DNA of 60,233 nucleotides from positions 1-60,233 of the forward strand of contig JBELAA010000001.1 of NCBI GenBank assembly GCA_049509315.1, given 5' to 3'. Positions within the stretch are counted from its first letter, which is position 1. Each line of letters begins with the position of its first letter. The notes below the pieces were generated by a model. That model saw nothing but the letters and a program-made list of their open reading frames with translations. It did no database searches and was not told the origin of the DNA. The translations under genes and the position numbers were made by a program. The DNA is from Sedimentisphaerales bacterium (GTDB taxonomy: Bacteria; Planctomycetota; Phycisphaerae; Sedimentisphaerales; Anaerobacaceae). Positions 31,981-42,056 of the stretch are shown here, one piece after another.

Positions 31981-34900
31981 GCCGCTTCCTTTATCGAAAA
32001 GGTGTTCTGCCCGCCCATGAGTTCTTTGCAATACACGCGCTGGAGATACTCGTCTTTCGTTTCCCCGACATCCTTAAGAGCGTTTTTATCGTAAGATTCG
32101 TTAAAATCTTTTTCAGTCGTGAAACCCGCCTGCTTCCAGCCGAATTCTTCTTCCTTTTCCATTTCGGCGGGTGCGGCCGCAGGCGCAGAAACGGCCGTCG
32201 TTTCTTCTTCCGGCATCTCTTCCGGCGTCCGGCGACCCTTTTTAAACTGCTCCACCGCCTTATCGTACAATTTCATGCGCGGATCGTCGAGCTTGAAATA
32301 TCTGACGTTACCGTCTTTATTTGTCAATTTCCATACAACCTGCTTGACCCCGTTTACATCTTTCGTTATCTGCTTTTTATAGAAAAATCCCCTGTCGAAA
32401 ACGAGGGATTCCATCTGGTTTTTAATTACATTTTCTTTACCGGCCTCTCCAAGCCTCCTCCCGGGCGACTGGGATTCTTCTGGCGTAATAAGGCCGAGTT
32501 CTTTTTTTCGCGATTCAACCTCTTTCGCTATGGGGTGGTCTTTTGGAATTACAACTTCGTTGCCGACGCCGTCGTCGAGGCGGATGTATTTTTTCCCGCC
32601 CTGTATGACCGTTGGAGTATAGATAGCTTTACCTTTATCTAACACCTGTTCATCGACGTATTTTTTTACACGTGCCCTATCGGTTACTTCCGGCAATCCA
32701 GCGGCTGGTGGTATTGGTGTTTCGGGCGGTTTTATTTCGCTTCCGCGCACGACCGGAGGAAGTCCCCTTTTTTTTGCGAGTTCTGCGTAATGTGCTTCCT
32801 CTTCGCCTTGCTGAAACGGAAACGCCTCAGATTTATCTGGTTTTACAACTTCGAATGGGTGGGGCGCTTCCTGCAATTGGCGGGCAACATCTTCAAAATC
32901 AGTAAAGAGGTCTTTGGGTATGCCGGTTTTATTCCGCAGTTCTTCCGCTTCGGTTGATTCGTTCCAGTAGTCGTATATGTCTTTAACGAGGGCGTTTGAT
33001 TTATTGGTAAGGACGATTGTCCTGCCCTTATTGTCCTTTGTCTTTTTGCCCATCAGGAAGTCCCATTGTTCCTGACCCTTCGGCTGGTCCAGCACTTCTT
33101 TTCTCAAACCGGATTTTGTTGCGCGGAGCCATAAAGCGGTATTGACCTTCGGGTCGTCCCCGAAAGTCTGCGGTTCGCGGCCTTTACTTGTGGGTTTTAG
33201 TTCGCCTGGTGGGGTCGGAGCGACGGCGCGAGAGACTTCAGTACGTCCGGGTGAAACTGCTCTTCCGGATCCGGCGACGGGCTTTCCTGTCGCGGTCGCA
33301 GGTTCGGCGTTCTCCGGTAAATTTCCTCCTGCTCCGGGCTTCCTTCCTCGAGGTTGTAGTTCCTCCGTCCGGAGGCCAGTAATCGGTCGATTTCCTGTAT
33401 ATTCATAATACCTTCCATCTACCGATACGCCACTTTTCCCGGCTTCCTTCGATTTGTAAACTTGTGCGTCGGCGGCATCGTACCCTGCGCCATGGCCCGA
33501 AGAAAATGTGACGCCGCGGAGGGGGCCCTTGTCGGTGTCGAATGTTGTATTTGCGAGTTCCTCATTTGCCCTTCTCTCTATATTAATTATACTCTGTGCG
33601 TCAAGAGATTTCAAGGGAAATGTTGCAATTTCTTCGCCTCCGATACGCACGACTTTTGCCTTATCGCCATACGCTTTTTGAAGGACATCCGCAAATTTTT
33701 TTAATACCTTGTCACCGACCGGATGGCCGTAGGTGTCGTTTATAGACTTGAAATTATCAAGATCGTGTATTGTCTGGTCAGCGGTCCTTATGTCGATATT
33801 GTCCTTAACGAGCGTGTTGCGGTTTCCAAGGCCGGTCAGCTGGTCGGTGTATGCCAGCTTTTCGAGGTTTTCATAGTGTTTTTGTTTTTGATCGGGAGAT
33901 AAGGCATTGAATTGACCGGATGGTATGGGTGTTTCCCCTTCGGGTACTACCGGCATCTGCTGGGTTTCTCGCATTGCCTGGTCGACCGGGGCCTCTTTAG
34001 GCGCCTTCCTTATCTCGTTTATCCTTCCCTGCTCATACGTGTTGAGCTTCGGGTAGATCTCCTGCTGGCGGGCTTCCGGCAGCGCCACAAAGCCTTCCGG
34101 ACCTTCAACCCCAAGTGATTGTAGGGTATTCATGCCCTGCGGCATTTCCGGGGGTGTTGGCCTTGTCGTTCCGGTTTTAGGTGTTTCTGTTCCAGAAACA
34201 GGTCTTTTCGTTTCAGGAATAGGGGTAATCGTTTCAGAAACGGGTGGTTTTGGTACTGGTGGTTGTTCTGGTACCGGTGTGGGTTTTGGTACCGGGGCAG
34301 GAGGCGGGGTGGCTGGCCCCGCTTCCGGCTGTGGTTCCGGTGCTGCACCTGCCTTTGTCTTGCCTGCGGCTACCGACTGATCAAGCGTTGCCTTCGTCCT
34401 GTTGTAATAATCGATGTACCGCTCGCCCTGGACCGGTGCCAGCGCATCGATCACATCGTTGGGGATTGCTCCTTTAAATGCTTCCTTCAGGCCCTTATAG
34501 AGAACGTCATTTCCAAATCTGTTGCCGAATTGTTCGTAGTTCTCGTTGGGTTTCGGTTTGTTTGAATTCCAGTCAAAGTCGCGGTATTCCTTAAAACCAC
34601 CGTATTTTTGGATTGTTTCATCGTAAAGTTTTGCGGCCGCGCCGTAGGTTTTACCCGTCAATCCGTACCCAAAGCCCTGCGCAAAGTTACTTATTATGTC
34701 CGATGGGCTTGCTCCCTGGGCCGCGGCCATGCCGCCGAAAACGCTACCCTGTGCTATACTCTGGGCCACCCGCTGCGGTATCGCGCTCATCTTACCGGTG
34801 ACCATCTCGGCGCCCTTACCTGCCGCAGAAAAAGCCGCCATCTGAGCGCCGGTCACCGCTCCCTGTTTTACCCTTTCCTTCAATCCCCCATCACTGGTTA

Positions 34901-35846
34901 CAAACCCTTGCTCAAAACCAGAAACAGTATTTGCGATTGTTTTTTCAACATCGTCGGCGGTTATAAGTTTCCCACTTTTCTTTGCAGCTTCCGATACCGC
35001 CTTCTGTATTATCGGCTTCATTTCAACCAGAGCGGTGGGCCCATATTTCTTTGCGAAGGCCCCCATTATCGCTCGTGCCTGCTCGCCGCCTCCGGTCGCA
35101 ATCATGGTGGGAAGGAATTCGCCCAGCATATCAATACCACCAACAAACGCCGCGCCGGCGGGTCCGCTGCGCTGGTATGTCTCTTGTTCTGCTGGATTCG
35201 GCTGGTAAAAATCAGTGAGTGTCTTCCCGGCTTTCGTCAAGGTGTTGTGGTAATCGGCAGCTGCCTTACTCACCTTGTCCCATACCGGCTTATTGGTCTT
35301 TTCCCCGAGCATGTCGGCAACATAGCCGAAGTTTTCAGCCGCATCGGCTGATACGCCGGTAACAAGTTTTCCTATATTCGCGTATCCCTTCGCCACCTGT
35401 TTGATTGCATAGGTACCGAGGCGGTCCTCGTCTTTTTTCGTCCATTCTTTCGCAACGGCTTTAGGCGGCGGGGTGACGGGCAAAGTCTCTTCCGGCACGG
35501 GCATTTTCTTTGTCATTCCCAATACCCGCGCAGGAGCGTTTGCTGCGAGTGGTACGGGTTTAGGCACTTCTGGAAGTGGGGCTGGCTGTATGTCGGTGCG
35601 CGTCGATACTGCCGGCACGGCAGTCATGACCGGCATTGATACTGGCGGAATCTGAACATTCAGCGGCGGCTGGGGTGTGGTTGTTTTGGGAGGTTTTGAA
35701 TTGAGATGATCTGTAATATCCGATACGCCATAACCCTCCGCCATGGCGCCCGAGTAGTCAAAATCAGGGCGTGTCTTTTTAAGATGGTCGAGAATATCGA
35801 CATCACTATAACCCTCTTGTTTTGCTCCGTTATAATCAAACGCCAT
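31977..35846 (-). CDS. Large internal-virion/ejection-like protein (1289 aa) with embedded GGDEF domain
   Basis: Duplicated N-terminal motif (DYNGAKQEGYSDVDILDHL / DYSGAMAEGYGVSDITDHL). A Gly/Ala-rich hydrophobic region and Pro-rich linkers. GGDEF domain at about 33440-33860: DQLTGLGNRN...DLDNFKSINDTYGHPVGDKVL...VRIGGEEIA...ADAQVYKSKEAGKSG. Confidence 0.85.
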   Translation of the reverse strand: MAFDYNGAKQEGYSDVDILDHLKKTRPDFDYSGAMAEGYGVSDITDHLNSKPPKTTTPQPPLNVQIPPVSMPVMTAVPAVSTRTDIQPAPLPEVPKPVPLAANAPARVLGMTKKMPVPEETLPVTPPPKAVAKEWTKKDEDRLGTYAIKQVAKGYANIGKLVTGVSADAAENFGYVADMLGEKTNKPVWDKVSKAAADYHNTLTKAGKTLTDFYQPNPAEQETYQRSGPAGAAFVGGIDMLGEFLPTMIATGGGEQARAIMGAFAKKYGPTALVEMKPIIQKAVSEAAKKSGKLITADDVEKTIANTVSGFEQGFVTSDGGLKERVKQGAVTGAQMAAFSAAGKGAEMVTGKMSAIPQRVAQSIAQGSVFGGMAAAQGASPSDIISNFAQGFGYGLTGKTYGAAAKLYDETIQKYGGFKEYRDFDWNSNKPKPNENYEQFGNRFGNDVLYKGLKEAFKGAIPNDVIDALAPVQGERYIDYYNRTKATLDQSVAAGKTKAGAAPEPQPEAGPATPPPAPVPKPTPVPEQPPVPKPPVSETITPIPETKRPVSGTETPKTGTTRPTPPEMPQGMNTLQSLGVEGPEGFVALPEARQQEIYPKLNTYEQGRINEIRKAPKEAPVDQAMRETQQMPVVPEGETPIPSGQFNALSPDQKQKHYENLEKLAYTDQLTGLGNRNTLVKDNIDIRTADQTIHDLDNFKSINDTYGHPVGDKVLKKFADVLQKAYGDKAKVVRIGGEEIATFPLKSLDAQSIINIERRANEELANTTFDTDKGPLRGVTFSSGHGAGYDAADAQVYKSKEAGKSGVSVDGRYYEYTGNRPITGLRTEELQPRGRKPGAGGNLPENAEPATATGKPVAGSGRAVSPGRTEVSRAVAPTPPGELKPTSKGREPQTFGDDPKVNTALWLRATKSGLRKEVLDQPKGQEQWDFLMGKKTKDNKGRTIVLTNKSNALVKDIYDYWNESTEAEELRNKTGIPKDLFTDFEDVARQLQEAPHPFEVVKPDKSEAFPFQQGEEEAHYAELAKKRGLPPVVRGSEIKPPETPIPPAAGLPEVTDRARVKKYVDEQVLDKGKAIYTPTVIQGGKKYIRLDDGVGNEVVIPKDHPIAKEVESRKKELGLITPEESQSPGRRLGEAGKENVIKNQMESLVFDRGFFYKKQITKDVNGVKQVVWKLTNKDGNVRYFKLDDPRMKLYDKAVEQFKKGRRTPEEMPEEETTAVSAPAAAPAEMEKEEEFGWKQAGFTTEKDFNESYDKNALKDVGETKDEYLQRVYCKELMGGQNTFSIKEAA

Positions 35847-35860
35847 TTCCTACCCTGTTT

Positions 35861-37264
35861 CTACGGAGTATCAAAACTGGTTAATGGTCTTTTCGGTCGT
35901 TGCGGATAAATGGGATTCGGGGCCGGTTCGTCAGGAGCGAGCGTCGGCAAGGCGACCGGTTCCGACCGGTTCGGGCTGGAATATTTTTCCAGTTGTTTAT
36001 CAATGCCGGGAAGCTTGCTTTTTATTGTCTGAATGTAACCATCCAGCTCCTGCAGCCTGTCCATGAGTGCCGCGGGATCCTGTGGAAGTTTCTCGTTAAG
36101 CGAACCCTGGTTCACGTTCATTGCAATTTTCAACTGATTGTCGAGGTCGTTGTACTCCTGCAGGGCCTTGTGTAGTTGCGCAAGGTTGGTAACCGAGTCC
36201 TTACCGTACGCCCTGCGCATCGTAGCATTAAACTTCTCCTGGTCCAACATGATTTTTAAAAGAGAATTGTTCTGTTCTTTTTCGCGCATCTGGTCGTATC
36301 TCACTTTATGCGCGAGTGCGTCCTTCTTCGCCTGCTCGTCTGCAATGTCCTTTTCGCTCAACATACCGCCGGCCGCTTCTTTTACTTCAGGCGTCAGTGG
36401 TATACCCTTACCGGTAACGTCCCTCATGAATTCGGTACGACGACGCGGCGCGGGTCCTGGCGTAACAAGTGCCGACGCTTCCCGGTCGGCAATTCCGGTG
36501 AGAATAGGTTCGAATTCTTTTTTCTGTTCCTGTGGAAGATCGGCCGCAGTTACCCTTTCCCGCGCCGCCTGGAAGGATATCGGCTGGTGCAGGCCGGGCT
36601 GTGCTTCCGCAAGTGCTGGCGGTAACGGTTGGTCTGCCGCTGCCTGTGCCTGTGGTGTCGGCGCCGGTTGGACCGGCCCGGCTTGGCCAGCGGGAAGTGT
36701 AGGAGGTTTTGCGGGCTGTGGTTCGGCAATGCCGGCAATGCGATTGTACTCATCCTGAGAAATATTTGTCCGGTGCTTCCGATTAATATCGTCGAGCGAC
36801 AATACGCCTGCCTTTATGTCGGCAATACTGTCCGCCGGTGGCGCTGGAGGCGCAGTAAGTTCCTGCTCGAGCTGTGTACCGGTCCGCTTGTAGATAAGTT
36901 TTTGAACATCCGGAAGCGCAAAACCTGGGATCGCCACTGCCTGCCGCAGTTCATTTGGGTCAACCCCAGCGGTTTTCAGCTGGTCAACAAGCGTCGGCGC
37001 TGCCTGTTTCAATCGTTCCACGTATTGGGGGTTCGGTTCGTTCGGTTTCGGTTCGAGGCCGTCTAATTTTACGCCGCGCACACGTCCGAAAAAGTCCTTC
37101 ACCTGGCCGAATACCTGCTGGTTCTGAGCATCGTTGGCCCGTTGTATCTTCTGCTCTCCGACCGCCTGCTCGACGTTCTCAATACCTCCCGATACATCCT
37201 GACCTATACGCGAAACGCCAGCTGTAATCGGCTGCATACCGGTCTGATAATTATAGGTATCCAT
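35861..37264 (-). CDS. Internal-virion-like protein (Pro/Gln/Ala-rich, coiled coil)
   Basis: 467-aa ORF within the run of large structural-type genes. Confidence 0.55.
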   Translation of the reverse strand: MDTYNYQTGMQPITAGVSRIGQDVSGGIENVEQAVGEQKIQRANDAQNQQVFGQVKDFFGRVRGVKLDGLEPKPNEPNPQYVERLKQAAPTLVDQLKTAGVDPNELRQAVAIPGFALPDVQKLIYKRTGTQLEQELTAPPAPPADSIADIKAGVLSLDDINRKHRTNISQDEYNRIAGIAEPQPAKPPTLPAGQAGPVQPAPTPQAQAAADQPLPPALAEAQPGLHQPISFQAARERVTAADLPQEQKKEFEPILTGIADREASALVTPGPAPRRRTEFMRDVTGKGIPLTPEVKEAAGGMLSEKDIADEQAKKDALAHKVRYDQMREKEQNNSLLKIMLDQEKFNATMRRAYGKDSVTNLAQLHKALQEYNDLDNQLKIAMNVNQGSLNEKLPQDPAALMDRLQELDGYIQTIKSKLPGIDKQLEKYSSPNRSEPVALPTLAPDEPAPNPIYPQRPKRPLTSFDTP

Positions 37265-37267
37265 CGG

Positions 37268-37618
37268 TTATCTCCTTTGCCACATAGTGACAAGACTTTT
37301 TGCGGCAGACTGATTACTGTTAAGATAGTTCTGCAGGTCACCGGCAAAACCCTTAATGGCCGATTGGTCGTCTTTCATTTCAGCGAACGCATTTGCGGTC
37401 GCGGTTTGCCCGCGATTGTATTTTTTTTCTTCCAGCGTATCGGCCCGGGCGGTTTGTCTTTCGGCAGTTTGTTCGGCATCATTAAGACGGGTCGCATACT
37501 GCTGGTCCTGCTGGGCGTTGTAATTCAACCCAAGGTTAATCAGGTCGGTAATAAGACTTACGCCGCCGGTGATTGCCGTCATAGTTGGATCTGCTGTTAT
37601 TGGTGTGGTGGGTGCCAT
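37268..37618 (-). CDS. Hypothetical structural-module protein
   Basis: 116-aa ORF preceded by aAAGGAGataaac. Confidence 0.55.
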   Translation of the reverse strand: MAPTTPITADPTMTAITGGVSLITDLINLGLNYNAQQDQQYATRLNDAEQTAERQTARADTLEEKKYNRGQTATANAFAEMKDDQSAIKGFAGDLQNYLNSNQSAAKSLVTMWQRR

Positions 37619-37697
37619 GTTTATCTCCTTTTTAGGCTTGCCCTAAAACTTGACCGTATGTGGCGTTATATATCTTTTCTAATCCTGTCTTGGGCGT

Positions 37698-39893
37698 CTA
37701 CGACCCAGGTACAGCACCTGCGTCGTAGACGTTTGTTTTTCCTCCGCTATTTGCTCCGCCTGATGTAAATACTTTCGCCTGCCCGGTAGCAACGTCTATC
37801 GCGGAAAATTCTTGCTGTGTCCAGCGGCCGCCAGACTCCGACTTCGCGGATACGTCGCTCGTTACGATATACGTTTGACCATTGTAATTAACAATCGATC
37901 CGTTTGCGGGCGCATCTGCAAAACCACCCGTACCGGTGAGGTTATCTCTGCCCGGGCTCGATGTCGTCGTTCCATCCCACGTTACCGCCTTTGAGGCCAT
38001 ATCCTGCGTTACCGCAGTTTTAACATTTGCAGGCAAGGAATTGAGCTTTGACACATCGTGGCGCGTGGTGATATCCGTAACGATAGCATCAAGCACGCTT
38101 TTTGCCTGGGTGCTGGTGGTACCCGCGGCAAGTATCGCCTGGGCGTCTGCTCCGTATGGATCACCGGCAAATTGGCCAGTCTGCTGTGCGGTTATTTCCG
38201 CTTCTGTTTTTGGTGTTACCGTCCATTTTCCGCTCGCGTCCTGGGTAATATTATACGGCAGTTCCTGGCCGGAAAGAGCATAATCGTTGAGTGCACTCAG
38301 TTTCGCCTGTGTTTCTGGTGTCTGGCTCTTGTACCATTCACTGCTCGTCATGGCGTTCCACGCCTGGTCAACCGTGTTGGTGCTTTCCTTCATTCCTGAG
38401 ATAAGCGCGTTCAATCCACCCGCAGGCGCGGCCGTTCCTTTTAAGGTATAGCCGTTATCAATCAGCCATTTCGCCTGGTCTGCGTTGGTGGTGCCGCTCT
38501 GTGCTGCGGTAATCGGTGAAGCGGACGGGTCCCCGGTCCATGCGTTCGGCGCCGCGGTACTGCCGATCGTGGAATTCAAAGCATCATAAACGCCGTTCGC
38601 CTGCAGGGACGCCACTATCTGTTCCTGCGTCATACCGGAGGCTATCCCCTGGCTTATAAGTGTCATTGCCGAAGAAAACTTCTGCTGGTTCTCGGCGGTG
38701 ACAAGGGCGGCCGGGTTAGCGGTAATACCCATGTCTTTCAACTTCGCGGTAATTGCCGGCAGGTTTTCGGTAACACCCATCTGAATGAGGGTATTTAAGT
38801 CTTCCTGTTGCGTCTGGCGCTGTGTTGACCGTTCGCTGGCCGCAAGGCTGGCTGCATCTGCGGCGGCCTTCTCGGCGTTCTGTTCGTTCGTGTTGGCAAG
38901 ATTACCAATAAGATCACTGCGTCCCGATCGTATTGCGCTGGCTTCCTGGCCCATCTGCGCCACCTGTGACGCCTGTGGAACATTCGGCTGTGCGGCTATA
39001 GTCTGATTGTTTTTATAAATATCCTGCGCGGCAGCCGTATCATAGTTTTGCAATGCGCTATCGGTTGCCCTTTTAACTGTTGGGCTGGTCCCTTGCCCGG
39101 TCGCCTGCAGGTTGGCAAGGTTCTGGTTGATAATGGTGTCATAGTTTCCGGGCGTTGGTACCGTGGTCGGTGTTGCGTTCAATGCGGCGGTCGGTGTGGT
39201 TGCTCCTCCTGCGGCCGCCCCCTGACTGGCCGCGGTCGGTGTTTTTGGAATTATCTTGTTCGGATCGGTGACTGGTGTTGCCCCGGACCCTGCCGCATAG
39301 CCGGGCTTCGGGGGCATTTTAAGAAATTGCCGGAAAGCGTTATGATCGAGAGTGCCGCTCTCGAGCTGTTTGGAGAATTCGGCAAAGGTATCATCATCGA
39401 TCGCCTTTGCGGCATTGGCCGAGAGTACCCGTTCACCCACGTGAACATCGCCAGCCCGTTTGGTCGGCGGTTCGCTTGGGCCTGCCGGAAGAGTCCGGCT
39501 TGGCGGCGTGATCGGCTCGAATGGCATATCGGAGTTGTGAGGGGATTTTGGGATAGAATCAATATTAATCATTGAGGTATCAGGGTTTGGAACGGTGTCT
39601 GGACGGGAAACAGTATCTATTCCACCCGGGCCGACCATCGGCGGCGGCATTGGTGTTCCGATCGTGTCGCCCTGGGAGTCGGATATCTGTCTTGTCGTTG
39701 TGCGTTCCTGCTGCTGTGGTTGATTATTTGACGCACTTATCGGCTGTGCTGACGCGCCAGCGGATATAAGATCGGATGGGGGCCTGTCGACGACGGTAAT
39801 TTGTTCGGGCTTATCGCTGCCCCTCGGGTTGCGCTCAATTAATTGCTGCATCACCCAGTCCGGCACCCTTGTTTTTCCTCGCGTCATCATCAT
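37698..39893 (-). CDS. Internal-virion-like protein (Ala/Thr/Gln-rich)
   Basis: Start set at the ATG at 39893 (aAAGGGGccttt upstream). The track start at 39920 is TTG. 731 aa. Confidence 0.55.
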   Translation of the reverse strand: MMMTRGKTRVPDWVMQQLIERNPRGSDKPEQITVVDRPPSDLISAGASAQPISASNNQPQQQERTTTRQISDSQGDTIGTPMPPPMVGPGGIDTVSRPDTVPNPDTSMINIDSIPKSPHNSDMPFEPITPPSRTLPAGPSEPPTKRAGDVHVGERVLSANAAKAIDDDTFAEFSKQLESGTLDHNAFRQFLKMPPKPGYAAGSGATPVTDPNKIIPKTPTAASQGAAAGGATTPTAALNATPTTVPTPGNYDTIINQNLANLQATGQGTSPTVKRATDSALQNYDTAAAQDIYKNNQTIAAQPNVPQASQVAQMGQEASAIRSGRSDLIGNLANTNEQNAEKAAADAASLAASERSTQRQTQQEDLNTLIQMGVTENLPAITAKLKDMGITANPAALVTAENQQKFSSAMTLISQGIASGMTQEQIVASLQANGVYDALNSTIGSTAAPNAWTGDPSASPITAAQSGTTNADQAKWLIDNGYTLKGTAAPAGGLNALISGMKESTNTVDQAWNAMTSSEWYKSQTPETQAKLSALNDYALSGQELPYNITQDASGKWTVTPKTEAEITAQQTGQFAGDPYGADAQAILAAGTTSTQAKSVLDAIVTDITTRHDVSKLNSLPANVKTAVTQDMASKAVTWDGTTTSSPGRDNLTGTGGFADAPANGSIVNYNGQTYIVTSDVSAKSESGGRWTQQEFSAIDVATGQAKVFTSGGANSGGKTNVYDAGAVPGS

Positions 39894-39924
39894 AAAGGCC
39901 CCTTTGAAATGGAGTAACAATATT

Positions 39925-40392
39925 TTAAGCAGAAGGTCCGGAAACTACACCGGCGCTCGGCACAGCTGCTGTACTTAAAACAGGAATTTTCCTTGTAAGT
40001 AAAAATTGGCCCTTCTGAATAAGGGATTTATTGCCGGTATCAATGAGCGTTTCCGCACACGCATCCATGACACCATTCCACGCTTTGGTTGCTTCAGGTG
40101 TTTTGATCTCGGTTTTAACGACACCGGCCAACTCGATGAAAGCAGAAATAACCAACTTTAGATTTTCATACTCATGAATAAAAAACGCTATTTTGTTCCT
40201 CGCAAAGACGTATACGCCGACCGCTCCCGCTATTGCCGTACCACCATGGCTCAACATAGACTGGGCCCATGCCGGAAGCGGGATCCCTAACGCGGCAACT
40301 TCCTGCGCAAGAGTATTTCCAGCAAAACAACTGACCGCCGCGACCATTAGTATTGTGGCGCCTGCCATGAGTATATTAAAAAGAGTCTTCAT
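39925..40392 (-). CDS. Multi-pass membrane protein (holin candidate by position)
   Basis: 155 aa with at least two hydrophobic helices (ILMAGATILMVAAVSCFAG; GGTAIAGAVGVYVFA). It directly follows the fibre genes, as the holin does in T7-like layouts. Confidence 0.4.
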   Translation of the reverse strand: MKTLFNILMAGATILMVAAVSCFAGNTLAQEVAALGIPLPAWAQSMLSHGGTAIAGAVGVYVFARNKIAFFIHEYENLKLVISAFIELAGVVKTEIKTPEATKAWNGVMDACAETLIDTGNKSLIQKGQFLLTRKIPVLSTAAVPSAGVVSGPSA

Positions 40393-40501
40393 AAAACACC
40401 CTCCTTTGGGGTTTAAAGTGAATATTTAGATGTATAAGCCATTTCATATCTTCCCCCGTGCGCCGCTAAACAGGTAGCGTAGTTGTAACACTTATCTTTC
40501 A

Positions 40502-42046
40502 TTACTGGTTCCTCAGTTGGCAAAATCCATATATCTGAACGAGTGATGACGTTGCTATCGCCGCCGATGTAACAACTGCTATGCAATAAATTCCATCAGT
40601 CGGTATGACAAAATCAGAGCCGTTTACATTGGTGCATGACGATCCTGCCGGTGTCGTAACTGTGCTTGTTGCACTACCTGAGACAAGCGTTCCGGTTGTC
40701 CATATTTTTAACCCTGCCGCTCCTGCACCGGAAGTCACCGGATATAATCCAATGGTAAAATTAGCAGCGGGAGCTGTGGCATTAACCGCGACAGAGGCCC
40801 TTATTCTTAGTTTCGTCGTGACCGTACTGACCGAGGGGAAATCTGCTCCTGCGATATAATAAAAACATATTGGATAAAGTACACTCCCACCGGATACCAC
40901 CCCGGCACTACCGTTGGATAGCATGTACGTCCCCGCTGCCTGTGCTGCGATAATACTGCATGATCCCTCGAATAACTGCCTGTACGATGCAAGCGGGGCG
41001 GTTGACCATACCGGGGCTGTTGCTGTTCCTGCGCTGATTAAAACCGATCCAGCAGCAGCAGCCACAAGGCGCGATGGTGTCGCGGGTGTCGCTGTGCTTG
41101 AAGCATAAAGCAAATCGCCTATCGTTGTCAGTGGATTATTCATTATGTAGGTAGGTGCGGTCAAAGACGTTCCCCATGCCGATCCAGTGGAAACTACCAC
41201 CCCAGCGCCGGGATATGAAGCTATGCCCGGAGCTATCCAAGAACGCGTGCCGCCAGTAGTAGACGAAAGTACATAGCCAGAAGTTCCGGGATTTCCAAGC
41301 ACAGGTTCATACACCCCAGAATGATTGTGACTGCTTGCCGATGCCCCAACATCTGTATACGTCAACGACCTGTTTGCGGATAGATCATAGCCATTTATTG
41401 TTCTGGTTGTCGGTACACCGCCAAGGCCAGAAAGAGTAATAGCCGCCGCCGCGCCCGAAACATCAGCACCTACTTCCGTATAGGTATACGTCGGTTTCGT
41501 CGCCGCTTTCGCCCATGCGTAAATACCGGAAGCCCAATTTCCCCAGCCATAGGCGGTATTCCAGTTTGCAAAGTTAGTGCCATATCCTATAGTGTCGCCT
41601 TTAATCTTTGTTTCTATTCCCGTTGTATCGTTTAATAAAGCAGTTACTAAATCCGTCTGTGCCGTAAGTGTTCCGCCGATCCCTCCCCACGAAGCACCCC
41701 CACTAACCGGTACAGGGTATTGACTATAATAAATTTCCGCTGTAACTCCCGAAATATCCGAAGATACCGTTATCGAATCGTTATTCTGAATATGTGTAAT
41801 AGAAGAGCCAAACACATTAGGGATAGTCCTGTTTGCGGCAATCGGAATAAGCGCCAATAATTGGTTATTGAAATATATTGACACGTTGACAGCAGCGTTT
41901 GGATTTATGACTTTCATTCCATCAACGAAATTATCACTGGTAGCCTTGTAAAGCAAAACAGGCACACCGGCAGTTGCGGTTGTCGCTTTTCCAGAACTGC
42001 CATACGACATTGTTGCAAGAAGAAGAACCATCAGCATCTTTTTCAT
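40502..42046 (-). CDS. Tail fibre-like protein with signal-peptide-like N-terminus
   Basis: Start set at MKKMLMVLLLATMSYG (ATG 42046, tAAGGGGaaatgt upstream). Gly/Ser/Thr/Ala-rich with fibre-type segments (SSHNHSGVY, GYVLSSTTGGTRSWIAPG). Confidence 0.55.
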   Translation of the reverse strand: MKKMLMVLLLATMSYGSSGKATTATAGVPVLLYKATSDNFVDGMKVINPNAAVNVSIYFNNQLLALIPIAANRTIPNVFGSSITHIQNNDSITVSSDISGVTAEIYYSQYPVPVSGGASWGGIGGTLTAQTDLVTALLNDTTGIETKIKGDTIGYGTNFANWNTAYGWGNWASGIYAWAKAATKPTYTYTEVGADVSGAAAAITLSGLGGVPTTRTINGYDLSANRSLTYTDVGASASSHNHSGVYEPVLGNPGTSGYVLSSTTGGTRSWIAPGIASYPGAGVVVSTGSAWGTSLTAPTYIMNNPLTTIGDLLYASSTATPATPSRLVAAAAGSVLISAGTATAPVWSTAPLASYRQLFEGSCSIIAAQAAGTYMLSNGSAGVVSGGSVLYPICFYYIAGADFPSVSTVTTKLRIRASVAVNATAPAANFTIGLYPVTSGAGAAGLKIWTTGTLVSGSATSTVTTPAGSSCTNVNGSDFVIPTDGIYCIAVVTSAAIATSSLVQIYGFCQLRNQ

Positions 42047-42056
42047 ACATTTCCCC

